A stretch of 64,000 nt of DNA from a virus: IMG/VR virus record IMGVR_UViG_3300007511_000003, positions 32,001 to 96,000 of that record. One strand, given 5' to 3'. The stretch's first letter is position 1; each line of letters opens with the position of its first letter. Under the pieces are notes generated by a model. That model was not told where the DNA came from. It worked only from the letters and a program-made list of their open reading frames with translations, and did no database searches. This document shows, piece after piece, positions 28,975 to 38,253 of this stretch. A program made the translations under genes and the position numbers.

Positions 28975-29139
28975 GGAGATGCGCGAATTTTGGCACGCAA
29001 AGAACCCTTCCAGACCTTTGCGTGCCCCCAAACCCGAGGATATTCCTCAACCAAAGAAACCTGATAGAGGGTCGCTCCTGGTCCACAGTCGGCACCTATG
29101 TGGATGTGACATGGGCAGACCTTGCGAAACAGTGTGACC

Positions 29140-29481
29140 ATGGCTGAATGTGTTTTCCCTGATGAAGGCGTAACATTGGTACCGACCCTTGAGGAGTATA
29201 TTATCCAAGAGGGTTACGTTGATGGTACCTGTTTTCCCAACACGTTTTTCGTAAACATCCTGTGCTGTGCTCAACACTACATTGCCGACATGGAAGACTG
29301 GATGGAAGCTCATACTAATGGGGAGCCTGTGGGTACGAAAGCGTTTGGGGGCCTCAAGGGAATGTGGGTGACAGGATGGACAGGAAAACAAGCGTCCGGT
29401 GATATGAATTTTCGCCGGTATGCCATCCGGTATGCGGGTCCTTCTGGGGACCCATGGGAGTTCAATTCATTTGTAGTATAA
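29140..29481 (+). CDS. Hypothetical protein
   Basis: 113 aa ORF before pyrF. Confidence 0.55.
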   Translation: MAECVFPDEGVTLVPTLEEYIIQEGYVDGTCFPNTFFVNILCCAQHYIADMEDWMEAHTNGEPVGTKAFGGLKGMWVTGWTGKQASGDMNFRRYAIRYAGPSGDPWEFNSFVV

Positions 29482-29491
29482 GGGGCCGAGT

Positions 29492-30598
29492 ATGTTTGCA
29501 AAGAGAATGGTGGAAAGGGCACAAGAGATTGACAGCCGGGTAATCATAGGTCTGGATCCAGATCTGTCCAAGATGCCGCCAGAAGTACAAAAAGAAGCCC
29601 AAGAAAATGGAGTAGGGCTTTCCTCTGTCATTGGGTCCTATCTTCGGCAGGTTATTGAAGCCACCCGCCAACACGCGGTGGCGTTCAAGCCTCAAGCTAC
29701 TTTCTACGAACAATTCCAACGGGATGGTCTGGAGGTCTTGGAATACGTGATCGAAAGCCTCCGGGAACTTGGTCAGATTGTCATCTTGGACGCCAAGCGG
29801 AATGACATTGGCAACACCGCAGCCGCTTATGGAAGAGCTTGGTTAAACTCCCGGTCAACTCATGGTTTTCCCAACCCTTGGATGGTTGATGCAATTACAG
29901 TAGCACCTTACATGGGCAAGGATTCTGTTCTTCCTTTCCTGGACGCCAACAGGGATGCTGGAGTGTCCCTCCTCTGTCGGACCTCCAACTCTGGGGCCGA
30001 TGACTTTCAGGACTTTTCTGACAACATGGGTGGGTGTTTATATGAAAGGGTGGCAGAAAAAGCACATGACTGGGGGAAGGACTATCGACCCCTCCATTGT
30101 AAATACTCCAATCTTGGGCTTGTTGTAGGGGCCACCAAAGACATACGAGAGGTGCGATCGATCCGGCAGTTTAATAAACGGGCTTTGTTCTTGATGCCTG
30201 GTATTGGTGTTCAAGGAGGATCGATCGAAACGATCGTAGCTGGGGCAGGACCTGACTTACTAGGCGCCTATGCGGCAGCGTCACGGTCGGTATTGTATCC
30301 AAAGAGAAGGACTAAAGAGGAACAAGCGTTGTGGGACGGAGAGAACTGGCCAGAGTTTATCCGTCTTCGGTGTGAAGAGGAAGCTCGTCTGTTGAAGGAA
30401 GCCATCCAAAAGCGGTTCGCACTTGAAAGGTGGCGGAACAACTTAAAGAGCAAGGATATCGTGGTACACAACGGGCAACAAGAAGTGCTGGAAGGAGTTT
30501 ACACCTCTCAGGATACCTTGATGGGCAGGATCCGCAAGTCAGGAGCCAAGGTCATCAATGTCCCAGTGTCAGAGTTTAATCCAGTTTCACAAGGTTAA
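29492..30598 (+). CDS. pyrF: Orotidine-5'-phosphate decarboxylase with C-terminal extension
   Basis: GLDP, FKPQ, ILDAKRNDIGNT, PYMG, RTSN, VVGAT, PGIGVQGG, SRSV. Confidence 0.93.
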   Translation: MFAKRMVERAQEIDSRVIIGLDPDLSKMPPEVQKEAQENGVGLSSVIGSYLRQVIEATRQHAVAFKPQATFYEQFQRDGLEVLEYVIESLRELGQIVILDAKRNDIGNTAAAYGRAWLNSRSTHGFPNPWMVDAITVAPYMGKDSVLPFLDANRDAGVSLLCRTSNSGADDFQDFSDNMGGCLYERVAEKAHDWGKDYRPLHCKYSNLGLVVGATKDIREVRSIRQFNKRALFLMPGIGVQGGSIETIVAGAGPDLLGAYAAASRSVLYPKRRTKEEQALWDGENWPEFIRLRCEEEARLLKEAIQKRFALERWRNNLKSKDIVVHNGQQEVLEGVYTSQDTLMGRIRKSGAKVINVPVSEFNPVSQG

Positions 30599-30599
30599 C

Positions 30600-30607
30600 T
30601 GTAAATA
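30600..30607 (+). promoter_or_regulatory. TGTAAATA putative phage promoter motif
   Basis: Right after the pyrF stop, upstream of an AAGGAG RBS. Confidence 0.55.
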
Positions 30608-30650
30608 AACCCTGAGCGTTCACCCAACTATTACCAGAAGGAGAAGTACT

Positions 30651-31028
30651 ATGGCCGATGAGCCGAAGACCGAAACACCCCAACCCCCTGCGCCCACAGT
30701 AACTGCCCTGCCCGGAGAGAACGGGATCCAGCCGCCAGAGCCGATGGGAGCACGCCCACAAGGCCCCACGATTACCATGCCCATCGTCGAGCTGGCGGAA
30801 GCCTTGACCACCGCTTATGTTGACGGATTCAACTCAGCCGCGGCAGGCGTTACCTTAATCAGCCGGAAGTTCAACCGCGAACAGCATAAGCAAGCCACGA
30901 TCGTGCGAATTGCCAAAGCGGTCGGCGCCATCAAAGAGCCGGTTAAGGAAGCCCCTCCAGAGGGCCAGCCTGCCACTGACGCTCCGGCTGAGGCCAATGC
31001 CGAGGCAAAACCCCCGCAACAGGAATAA
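30651..31028 (+). CDS. Hypothetical Pro/Ala-rich protein (last gene of the + arm)
   Basis: AAGGAG RBS; converges on and overlaps the GGDEF gene. Confidence 0.65.
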   Translation: MADEPKTETPQPPAPTVTALPGENGIQPPEPMGARPQGPTITMPIVELAEALTTAYVDGFNSAAAGVTLISRKFNREQHKQATIVRIAKAVGAIKEPVKEAPPEGQPATDAPAEANAEAKPPQQE

Positions 31029-32301
31029 AATCATCTGGGCGTTTCAACTCACCTTTATGTTCCCAACGGACAAGGGCTTCGACTGCTTCTACCTTGTTGG
31101 CCCCCAGGTTTATTTTAGGTTGGTATACCAGATAAAACTCACCTTTTTCCAGACCTTCACGGACGGAGGCTTCTATTTCAACACGACGGCAAGCTTTCTC
31201 TTGCATTTCTGGATGATAAAAGTGGAAGGTACCACGTCCAGCATTCTTGGATTCATACATTGCACTGTCGGCACTCTTGAGCAGGTCTTCTTGGAGTTCT
31301 GCGTCGTCTGGGTAGACTGAGATACCGATTGAACAGGAGATGAAAATGTTCTGCCCACACAGCTGGAAGGGTAACGTTAACTGTTCCAGAATCTTACGGG
31401 CAACCAACTCAACATAACAGGGATGGGTGATACCTGTCAGGATAGTAGTGAATTCATCCCCTCCAAGACGGGCTACAGTATCCGACTGCCGCACGCAACT
31501 CTTGATACGGATGGCTACCTCCCGCAGCAAGTCATCCCCTGCGTCGTGTCCGAGAGTGTCATTCACCCACTTGAAACGATCCAGGTCAATAAACATTAAC
31601 ACAACCTGTTCTCTGTGCCTCTTGGCGGCATACATAGACTGTGACAAACGGTCCAAAAATAGGCTGCGGTTGGGTAACCCTGTCAGTTTGTCCCTCTCTA
31701 CCTGGAGTTTTAGCTGGTGTTCCAAATACCTCCGTTTGATTAAACACGCGACTGTCGAAGCTACCACGCCAAGGAAATCCTGTTCTTCCTTATTCACAGG
31801 ATGCCCTTCTTCCAGATATAGGTTAAGTACTCCCAAGAGCTTATCAGCATCCATGATGGGCACTACATAATGCCCATGAGGAACCATGCCCTCGAATGTA
31901 AAGTCATGTTGGTGGTCCACTTTATCGGCGAAGAGGAGGCTCTGTGATTGCAGTACTCTACCACACAGACAATCCCCTAGTTTTATAACCGCGCATTGTA
32001 CCTTCTGCTCTTCCAGGAACCCTTGCTGTGCCATCAAGTGTAGGTGACCTGACTGTTCGTCTACCAGGAACACTCCTCCTTTTGGCACCAGTTTAAACCA
32101 AGGTATGTCCAGGATGATCTTTAAAAACTCTTGTAACTGGGATTTCAAAGGCATCTGGTCAAGCGAGGTCAACAACAGACGGTTAAGTACCATCACCGAG
32201 TTAAATTTTTGTTGGTTAGAAATATTAGGCTCCTGTTGCATAAACCAAGCGGCGGATGGTGTCACCCCACAATCTTGTACGGCTGGTTTTTCTGTTAACA
32301 T
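30943..32301 (-). CDS. GAF-GGDEF diguanylate cyclase with truncated EAL domain
   Basis: GAF (GDCLCG, HGHYVVPI); DKLTGLPNR, FIDLDRFKWVND.LGH..GD, RQSD...RLGGDEF, SIG, AD.AMY.SK; EAL runs only to EALVRW...FIPVA. Confidence 0.92.
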   Translation of the reverse strand: MLTEKPAVQDCGVTPSAAWFMQQEPNISNQQKFNSVMVLNRLLLTSLDQMPLKSQLQEFLKIILDIPWFKLVPKGGVFLVDEQSGHLHLMAQQGFLEEQKVQCAVIKLGDCLCGRVLQSQSLLFADKVDHQHDFTFEGMVPHGHYVVPIMDADKLLGVLNLYLEEGHPVNKEEQDFLGVVASTVACLIKRRYLEHQLKLQVERDKLTGLPNRSLFLDRLSQSMYAAKRHREQVVLMFIDLDRFKWVNDTLGHDAGDDLLREVAIRIKSCVRQSDTVARLGGDEFTTILTGITHPCYVELVARKILEQLTLPFQLCGQNIFISCSIGISVYPDDAELQEDLLKSADSAMYESKNAGRGTFHFYHPEMQEKACRRVEIEASVREGLEKGEFYLVYQPKINLGANKVEAVEALVRWEHKGELKRPDDFIPVAGVLPRHWPQPERQWQAGPLEGLP

Positions 32302-32700
32302 TCATCTATCACGACCCCCCAACACCTGTTCCTGGCGTAGGAGACGGTCGAGCCTCCTTTGGTTGTACTTGAGTAATCTGTGGTCATTGTCATTAGCCTC
32401 ACCTCTCTGTACACGGTCTTCCAAATACTCAATATAACCAGTCACACTCTCAATTTTATACGCCAGGAGTTCTCGCTCGACCGCGAGAATACGGGATGCC
32501 ACACCTGCCTCGATAACCTGACGCTCTTCTGCCAAGGCTTCTTTGGTCACGATGTTATTGGCAACCCACCAAACCCCACCTACCAAGGGTATAATCACAG
32601 ATAAAACAGCACTTACCTTTTGCCAGCCAAACTTCCTGTCCAGTTTCTCACGCACCTCTTTATCCACCAGCTCTTCCACATCCACATCGTTGTCACCCAC
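32302..32700 (-). CDS. Single-TM coiled-coil protein (lysis/membrane candidate)
   Basis: GGAGG RBS; VSAVLSVIIPLVGGVWWV then coiled coil. Confidence 0.65.
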   Translation of the reverse strand: MGDNDVDVEELVDKEVREKLDRKFGWQKVSAVLSVIIPLVGGVWWVANNIVTKEALAEERQVIEAGVASRILAVERELLAYKIESVTGYIEYLEDRVQRGEANDNDHRLLKYNQRRLDRLLRQEQVLGGRDR

Positions 32701-32750
32701 GGTACTATCCTCCTCTTTACCCCCTAGAAAGGGACATAAATAGCCGGTAT

Positions 32751-32849
32751 TTAAAATATTCTGGCCGTTAAATCTATGACAGCGACAGACACTCCGAGCA
32801 CTACGGCCAGAATCAAAAATTGAAAAAGCACTAGGGCCGCATCAACCAA
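32751..32849 (-). CDS. Small TM peptide
   Basis: GGAGGG RBS, TTG start, MVDAALVLFQFLILAVVLGVSVAVIDLTARIF. Confidence 0.4.
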   Translation of the reverse strand: MVDAALVLFQFLILAVVLGVSVAVIDLTARIF

Positions 32850-32862
32850 GCGGTCCCTCCAA

Positions 32863-33186
32863 TTACGCGGTGGGTCCTCCAGGTTTTTCATTTTGTTTAT
32901 CTGCCGAGCCGGATCTCTTTGTGAATCCCTTCAACATTGTGCTGGCGTTGACATAAAAGGCAAATAAAGGAGCGGCGAAACCAACAACAGCCGCCACTAC
33001 CCCAGCTTGTTGTGTGCTGATATCGGGCAACCCTTTTGCCCACGTAATGGTATCGTACACCAGCCACATGTATCCAAAGATTACAACACGCGGTACGATA
33101 CGCAATCGATCAAAGAAGTACCCAATGAGGTCAATGTTGACCTTCACAAGGTACTCGACGTTCTCTACGTTAAACGGGTTAGTCAT
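32863..33186 (-). CDS. Holin-like two-TM protein
   Basis: DRLRIVPR + TM, QQAGVVAAVVGFAAPLFAFY + basic tail. Confidence 0.55.
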   Translation of the reverse strand: MTNPFNVENVEYLVKVNIDLIGYFFDRLRIVPRVVIFGYMWLVYDTITWAKGLPDISTQQAGVVAAVVGFAAPLFAFYVNASTMLKGFTKRSGSADKQNEKPGGPTA

Positions 33187-33490
33187 AGTTAAACTCCAAT
33201 TGGAACGTACATGCGCCGCACTCCTTATGGATGCCAAAGTATTCCACCTCGGTAGAGTACCGCCTAGTTTTCTTGGTAGGGGTAGGCCCACCTTTCGACG
33301 TCTCCAGGTACCTTATTTGACGATGGGGTTCATCAGTATCCCAGATACAAAGGTCGAATATGTATACTGCATTTGTTTTTTGGACGGCCCGCATTAGTGC
33401 CCGTGAGAGGAACCTCAATAGATGGGCGTTGGCCTCGATGGAACTACATTTAGAGAGGGCGTTGGCAATATCGTTAATATAGAGTTGCAT
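33179..33490 (-). CDS. Hypothetical protein
   Basis: GAGGAG RBS; overlaps the next gene. Confidence 0.55.
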   Translation of the reverse strand: MQLYINDIANALSKCSSIEANAHLLRFLSRALMRAVQKTNAVYIFDLCIWDTDEPHRQIRYLETSKGGPTPTKKTRRYSTEVEYFGIHKECGACTFQLEFNYD

Positions 33491-33553
33491 TGGAGTCACT
33501 CCTCGGTTTTCAGTACATGACACTCACCTCCTCATGCTCGCGCCCAACCACAC

Positions 33554-33733
33554 TTAACCATCCCACTCCTTCTCAATTTCATTGAAAAACTTCTTCCGTT
33601 CCTCGACACTCAAATCCGCGGGACTGGAGGCATCCCACTCATCCAATTTTTTGTTGAAAAACGCCTGGTATTCCCTTTGCTTATCACTCTGGGCACAGAC
33701 ACTAGGCGTTCGTGTGGCAAGTTCTTTAATCAT
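33554..33733 (-). CDS. Small conserved phage protein
   Basis: EYQAFFNKKL...SSPADLS.EERKKFFNEI. Confidence 0.6.
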   Translation of the reverse strand: MIKELATRTPSVCAQSDKQREYQAFFNKKLDEWDASSPADLSVEERKKFFNEIEKEWDG

Positions 33734-33918
33734 GGTATCCTCTTTGGTATACTCCGCGATCTGTTCCCACAATAAAACGTAGGCAGGCCTACCTACGCGA
33801 TCATGAAAACTTGGTGGTGGGGCGAGCGGTCAGTCCGAATCCCCAACCCCAGAGTCCCGGAAACTCGATAGGGCGGATAACACCACACTTGCAGCCCTTA
33901 TACAACTACCTTCTGAAG

Positions 33919-34713
33919 TTACTCCACTGAAAGTAAGCTAGAGTCCTCCTGGATAGCACTGTAAAACGCGGGAGAACTTACAGCACTGGTTTCAAAACCT
34001 TGGACCCCATGTACCTGCCGATACACCAGCCTGTTACCTTTCTTGTAGAAATCAACAGGCCGGTTGGCAGATATATGACTACAATGCCCCAGTTCCTTCC
34101 CACAGTAGGAACAACTGTACTGGTCTACGTAGGCACCCATGGAATAACTGTTCATCTGCCCACTAAGGATATCCTTCACCAGGTCAGGATCCTTAGTGCG
34201 GTCAAACGCCAAGAGCTCCAGGAACTTCCAGACCTTTCCTTGACCGAACTCCGGCATCTTACGGAGGTAGGTATCGGCGATAACACCACGGGCTTTTGAC
34301 AGAACAGTGTTCTTATGTTCAACAAAACATGGTTTCCCTTTAAACGTCTTGAACGCCTGCATCCCTGCTTCAGGGTTGAACGCTACCATTGATGCCAGCG
34401 GGAACGCCACACCATTCCTGTTTGGTAAGTCTGTTGGAATCGTAATAACCGGCACCATCACAAAGTCCTCGAGGTTGTCAGAGATCTCGTAGGTTTTGCT
34501 GGCAAAAGGTAACCATTGGCTGATGTCTAGCGAGGTATCTCCGCTTTCCATTCCAAGGACCTCATTCCGCATTACGACCCTGCCCGAGGCTAAGGTCACA
34601 TCTTTTCGTTTGACCGCCTGGTGGACCTCCAGAGGGTTGCAAAGGGCTCTTCCACCGAGATCATAGTTGGCTGTCTTGTTCACAGGACGCCGACCTGGCA
34701 AAAATTGTGTCAT
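33919..34713 (-). CDS. Probable prohead protease / capsid maturation protein
   Basis: Directly downstream of portal; PNRNG, EHKN...GVIAD, YSMGA...CSYCG, FETSAV..PAF. Confidence 0.6.
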   Translation of the reverse strand: MTQFLPGRRPVNKTANYDLGGRALCNPLEVHQAVKRKDVTLASGRVVMRNEVLGMESGDTSLDISQWLPFASKTYEISDNLEDFVMVPVITIPTDLPNRNGVAFPLASMVAFNPEAGMQAFKTFKGKPCFVEHKNTVLSKARGVIADTYLRKMPEFGQGKVWKFLELLAFDRTKDPDLVKDILSGQMNSYSMGAYVDQYSCSYCGKELGHCSHISANRPVDFYKKGNRLVYRQVHGVQGFETSAVSSPAFYSAIQEDSSLLSVE

Positions 34714-37700
34714 GACACGTCTCCATAGGGATTCCGACGACCAATAAAACGCTGTGCCATTCGTTGTCGGCGTTTGTTGTTGGGTTCCTTGGCAATCTCA
34801 CGGACCGCCTTGATTATCTTATCATTGATGGCTTTGTTGGCACGTGTTTGGTTGAACACGTGCCGTTTCTTGCCAGCTTTGTCGGTCGTAGACAACTCTG
34901 CGAGGTCTCCGAAATCCCTGTCCGTAAGGGTCTGGCGTTTGATAGACCGCAGACCAGAGAAGGAAAAATCATCGTCGTCCTCGTCATCACCTCCACCTTT
35001 AAGTTCCTTGATTCGGTCCTTAATCTCCGCGTCTTCCTCAAGGTCACTCATCAGGCTGTCAACAGATAGACCACCGGCAGCAGCCCACATCCGCAGAGGG
35101 ACCGGCACTCCCTTCTCGGTCAGGGTCTCCAATACTGTCAGGTACTCGGTGTCCGCCTCAGGCCGAAGGGCTTTATGCCAGTGCATGGTTGGAATAACCA
35201 GTTTACTGGTATCAGCCGTATACCACTGTACCATGTCGGTTGTCAACATAGGAGTTGTCCGACGGGCCGCCGACTCCTCAGGTGTCCTGTGTCGATAGTA
35301 AGGGTTAGGCTTTGGAGCATCCTCTTCCTTCTCAAAGCCATTGATAACCGAGATCAATGGAAACAGCTTGTTGTAAAACACCCTGTGGGTGGTCATGTCA
35401 CGGAACGCCCGCATGTGTTCAATAAACACTGACAACGCTACTTCCATCGTTCCATACGACATGTCTCCACTGTTATGTACCACGATACCGTTAGACACAA
35501 AGGCAGGTGCCACTTTGTGTTCCATGGTCAGGTCATACAAATGGGAAGTTCCAGCTGGTTTTACCTCCTGTACCGGGTCAAAGAAGTACTGGAGTTCAGA
35601 CAAGCGCACCAATCGTCTGACAACTACAGGATCAATTTGTTCCAGGATATCCAATAAATCGGAGTATAGACCTTTCTCAAAGTTAGAGTAGGGCAGGACT
35701 CCATCTCGATGTTTACCCTTCCCAACCGTTGATCCCAAGTATTTTGAGGTGCGGTGACCAAAGCCTTCAATTAAAACTGGTTGGCCTTCCGCATTTTCAA
35801 ACCACTCACCAACATTGGTTTCTCTGCGGATCCAACGGGATGCCAAGAAGTTTCGGATAGGTGGTATAGGTACCCCGAATGTACGTCCTTGTAAATCCGC
35901 TTCACGTACATCGTACTGGTTTTTTTCAGTATGGGCCAACCAAGGACGTAGACGCCTGTAAAATTTGTTCCCAAAATACCGAATAACACTTAACCATTTG
36001 GGGTGGTCAGTCATCCGAAAGCTGGGTACCCCGAGGTCCGCCAATAGTATCTGCATTTGGTCCAACAATTGGCCACTACTACTGCAAAAACGCAGAGCCA
36101 CAGTATCTTTCCTTTGGGCAACAGAGCCATCACCGTCAAGAAAAGCGGCAATGAAAGCCAATCGGCATTCCGTCGGGGCCTGAAGGATGGACCAAGGTAC
36201 TACTCTGTAGGCAGACGGATTGTTCACCTCGGATTTCCGTTTCTGTACGACCCCGAGTTCCTTCAACCAATGTACGACCTTTACCTCCTCGAAGGACATC
36301 TTGTAAACATCCGAATTGGAGGTACCCGTCACACCCTTAATGTTATACCTACGACCTTTCGGGCTACTTAAGGTCCGTTCAGGAACCACACCAAAAACAG
36401 AGGTAAAAGCCTCTTGGTATCGGTCAAGGACTCCCAGATTCGAATTCGTGATCGAAACCACGTTTTTCTTCTTAAGTGTGCCCTCAGACACGATAAGTCC
36501 TAACACATAGGCCAAATCGGGTGTCATTTCTGTCGGTTTGGTTGCAGCTTTTTGGGACCAACCTCCTTTAACCAGATAATCTGTGAGGTTCAGCCTCAGG
36601 GGTTCCGTCGCCTCCTGCCCCTGTGTGTCAATGCACAGGTAATCGGATTTTTGAAGGCGCTTCACAGGAACCCATTCCGGACGTAGGTCTTGTCCCAAAG
36701 TCAGTACCTCATGCTTCTTTGTTGTTGTGACATTATACCCGGATTGTGTAGTGGTTTTGACAACAGGTGATTTACCCCGGTACCACCAATGAATGGCTTT
36801 TGCAAACTCTCCAGAACGCCCCTTGACCAACAAATCTGTGGTGTACCCTTGGTCTTTACGTAGGCCCCTACGATCATACAATTGGTCAATAGGAATTAGG
36901 CCACGTTCCGTGTGAACATACGAGCCTTCCGCCAAACACAAAAAGCCCTCATTTATCCCAAGAGCCTGCATCTTGAGGTTGGAGGTCTCTGGAATAGTAT
37001 CCGTCCATTTCCAGGAGTCACCGCCGCTCCTGATTTCATTGGTATTCACATCATCACGTGTGGCAATCATGGCACCAACAGGATCTAAGTCCGCTTGTTG
37101 GAACAGGGCTACGATAGCCTTGAGCTCCTCATCCGTGGGTTCCCAATCCTCATCCCCTGCCACGATATGCAGGATCGACCGTTGCCTCTTTGCTGCCTCT
37201 GTCAGTGTACCCCTGTACAGGATCTTCTCCAGAAAGTAAATAGGCAGCAGCCGATGATACAACGAGGTACCACGATTGTTAAAGGTAAAGCTGCGCCTGG
37301 GTACATAAAGCGTGGTCAACGGATCGAGCGTCACCTCTGGGGCTCGCATGGCTCTCAGCATACCCGGGGACAGTCGTTCCTTCAGACGTTCGATGTGCGG
37401 TTCCCGGCTGTTGATGAACTCCTTCATGTCGGCCCCAATTTTCATCTTAATCAGAGGATCGGTGCCATACAAGGGAGTCGGAATCACAGTACAGTCGGCT
37501 ATGTTCTGTGGTATCAAATCAGTAAATAATTTCTCCGCCTTTTTAAACACGAGGGTGGATACGAAGGTGCCGAGCACGAGGTAATCTACACTCATTTCAG
37601 GCATTAGACTACGCATGTTCAGGCGGTCCAAATTGGACTCGAACACCTCCAGTTGCCTCTCATCGGCTCCGCTAAGAGTCCAATCACTGAAGGGTAGGGT

Positions 37701-37961
37701 ACTCATGAGGTCTACAGCCGCGCCGGCGATAGGGTCGTGGTAGTAGATATCCGTGTAAATGTCAAACAGTTGGCGAGGGTCGGAGGGTATTACACCATCC
37801 AGCATACCGTCCTTGATGGCTCCGAGTCCGGTATAACCCATCTGCATGTTGACATTACCACCACCCATACCAAAGGGTGACATCTGATAACTGGATCTTA
37901 CCTGAGGACGTTGGTCTGTCACAGATGCCCGTACGGCTATCTTCCGGCTACTTTGAAACAC
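34710..37961 (-). CDS. Portal protein containing an intein
   Basis: Downstream of terminase; about 594 aa of extein; DIYYHDPIAGAAVD; intein inside. Confidence 0.75.
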   Translation of the reverse strand: MFQSSRKIAVRASVTDQRPQVRSSYQMSPFGMGGGNVNMQMGYTGLGAIKDGMLDGVIPSDPRQLFDIYTDIYYHDPIAGAAVDLMSTLPFSDWTLSGADERQLEVFESNLDRLNMRSLMPEMSVDYLVLGTFVSTLVFKKAEKLFTDLIPQNIADCTVIPTPLYGTDPLIKMKIGADMKEFINSREPHIERLKERLSPGMLRAMRAPEVTLDPLTTLYVPRRSFTFNNRGTSLYHRLLPIYFLEKILYRGTLTEAAKRQRSILHIVAGDEDWEPTDEELKAIVALFQQADLDPVGAMIATRDDVNTNEIRSGGDSWKWTDTIPETSNLKMQALGINEGFLCLAEGSYVHTERGLIPIDQLYDRRGLRKDQGYTTDLLVKGRSGEFAKAIHWWYRGKSPVVKTTTQSGYNVTTTKKHEVLTLGQDLRPEWVPVKRLQKSDYLCIDTQGQEATEPLRLNLTDYLVKGGWSQKAATKPTEMTPDLAYVLGLIVSEGTLKKKNVVSITNSNLGVLDRYQEAFTSVFGVVPERTLSSPKGRRYNIKGVTGTSNSDVYKMSFEEVKVVHWLKELGVVQKRKSEVNNPSAYRVVPWSILQAPTECRLAFIAAFLDGDGSVAQRKDTVALRFCSSSGQLLDQMQILLADLGVPSFRMTDHPKWLSVIRYFGNKFYRRLRPWLAHTEKNQYDVREADLQGRTFGVPIPPIRNFLASRWIRRETNVGEWFENAEGQPVLIEGFGHRTSKYLGSTVGKGKHRDGVLPYSNFEKGLYSDLLDILEQIDPVVVRRLVRLSELQYFFDPVQEVKPAGTSHLYDLTMEHKVAPAFVSNGIVVHNSGDMSYGTMEVALSVFIEHMRAFRDMTTHRVFYNKLFPLISVINGFEKEEDAPKPNPYYRHRTPEESAARRTTPMLTTDMVQWYTADTSKLVIPTMHWHKALRPEADTEYLTVLETLTEKGVPVPLRMWAAAGGLSVDSLMSDLEEDAEIKDRIKELKGGGDDEDDDDFSFSGLRSIKRQTLTDRDFGDLAELSTTDKAGKKRHVFNQTRANKAINDKIIKAVREIAKEPNNKRRQRMAQRFIGRRNPYGDVS
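35472..36938 (-). mobile_element. Cis intein with LAGLIDADG endonuclease (489 aa)
   Basis: FL/CLAEGS start, TKKHEV block B, LAYVLGLIVSEG and FIAAFLDGDG, YDL...FVSNGIVVHN/S end. Confidence 0.93.
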
Positions 37962-38187
37962 GGCTGTTCTCCACAGGGAGGGCTACGCGGTGACCGAGAC
38001 AAACATAGGCAGGAATGTTATCAGCACATTCCAAAACCTCCATCTGTTTGCCACACCCAGGCACAGGGCAGACCCCTGCTTCAGTATTGGAGACACGGGC
38101 CATCTCTTTCTTGGCACCATCGGTTGACGCGGTGGCCACATTTGGCACGCGTGGTGGTGCCAGCGGGTTTTTCAGGTCACGTTTCAT
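37948..38187 (-). CDS. Small Zn-finger protein
   Basis: CPVPGC...CLGH; lies between terminase and portal. Confidence 0.65.
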   Translation of the reverse strand: MKRDLKNPLAPPRVPNVATASTDGAKKEMARVSNTEAGVCPVPGCGKQMEVLECADNIPAYVCLGHRVALPVENSRVSK

Positions 38188-38253
38188 ATCGGTATCCTTT
38201 TCGGATTAACGTTCCAATAAAATTAGTGTGGGCTATAGGTGGGAGAGTACTAC

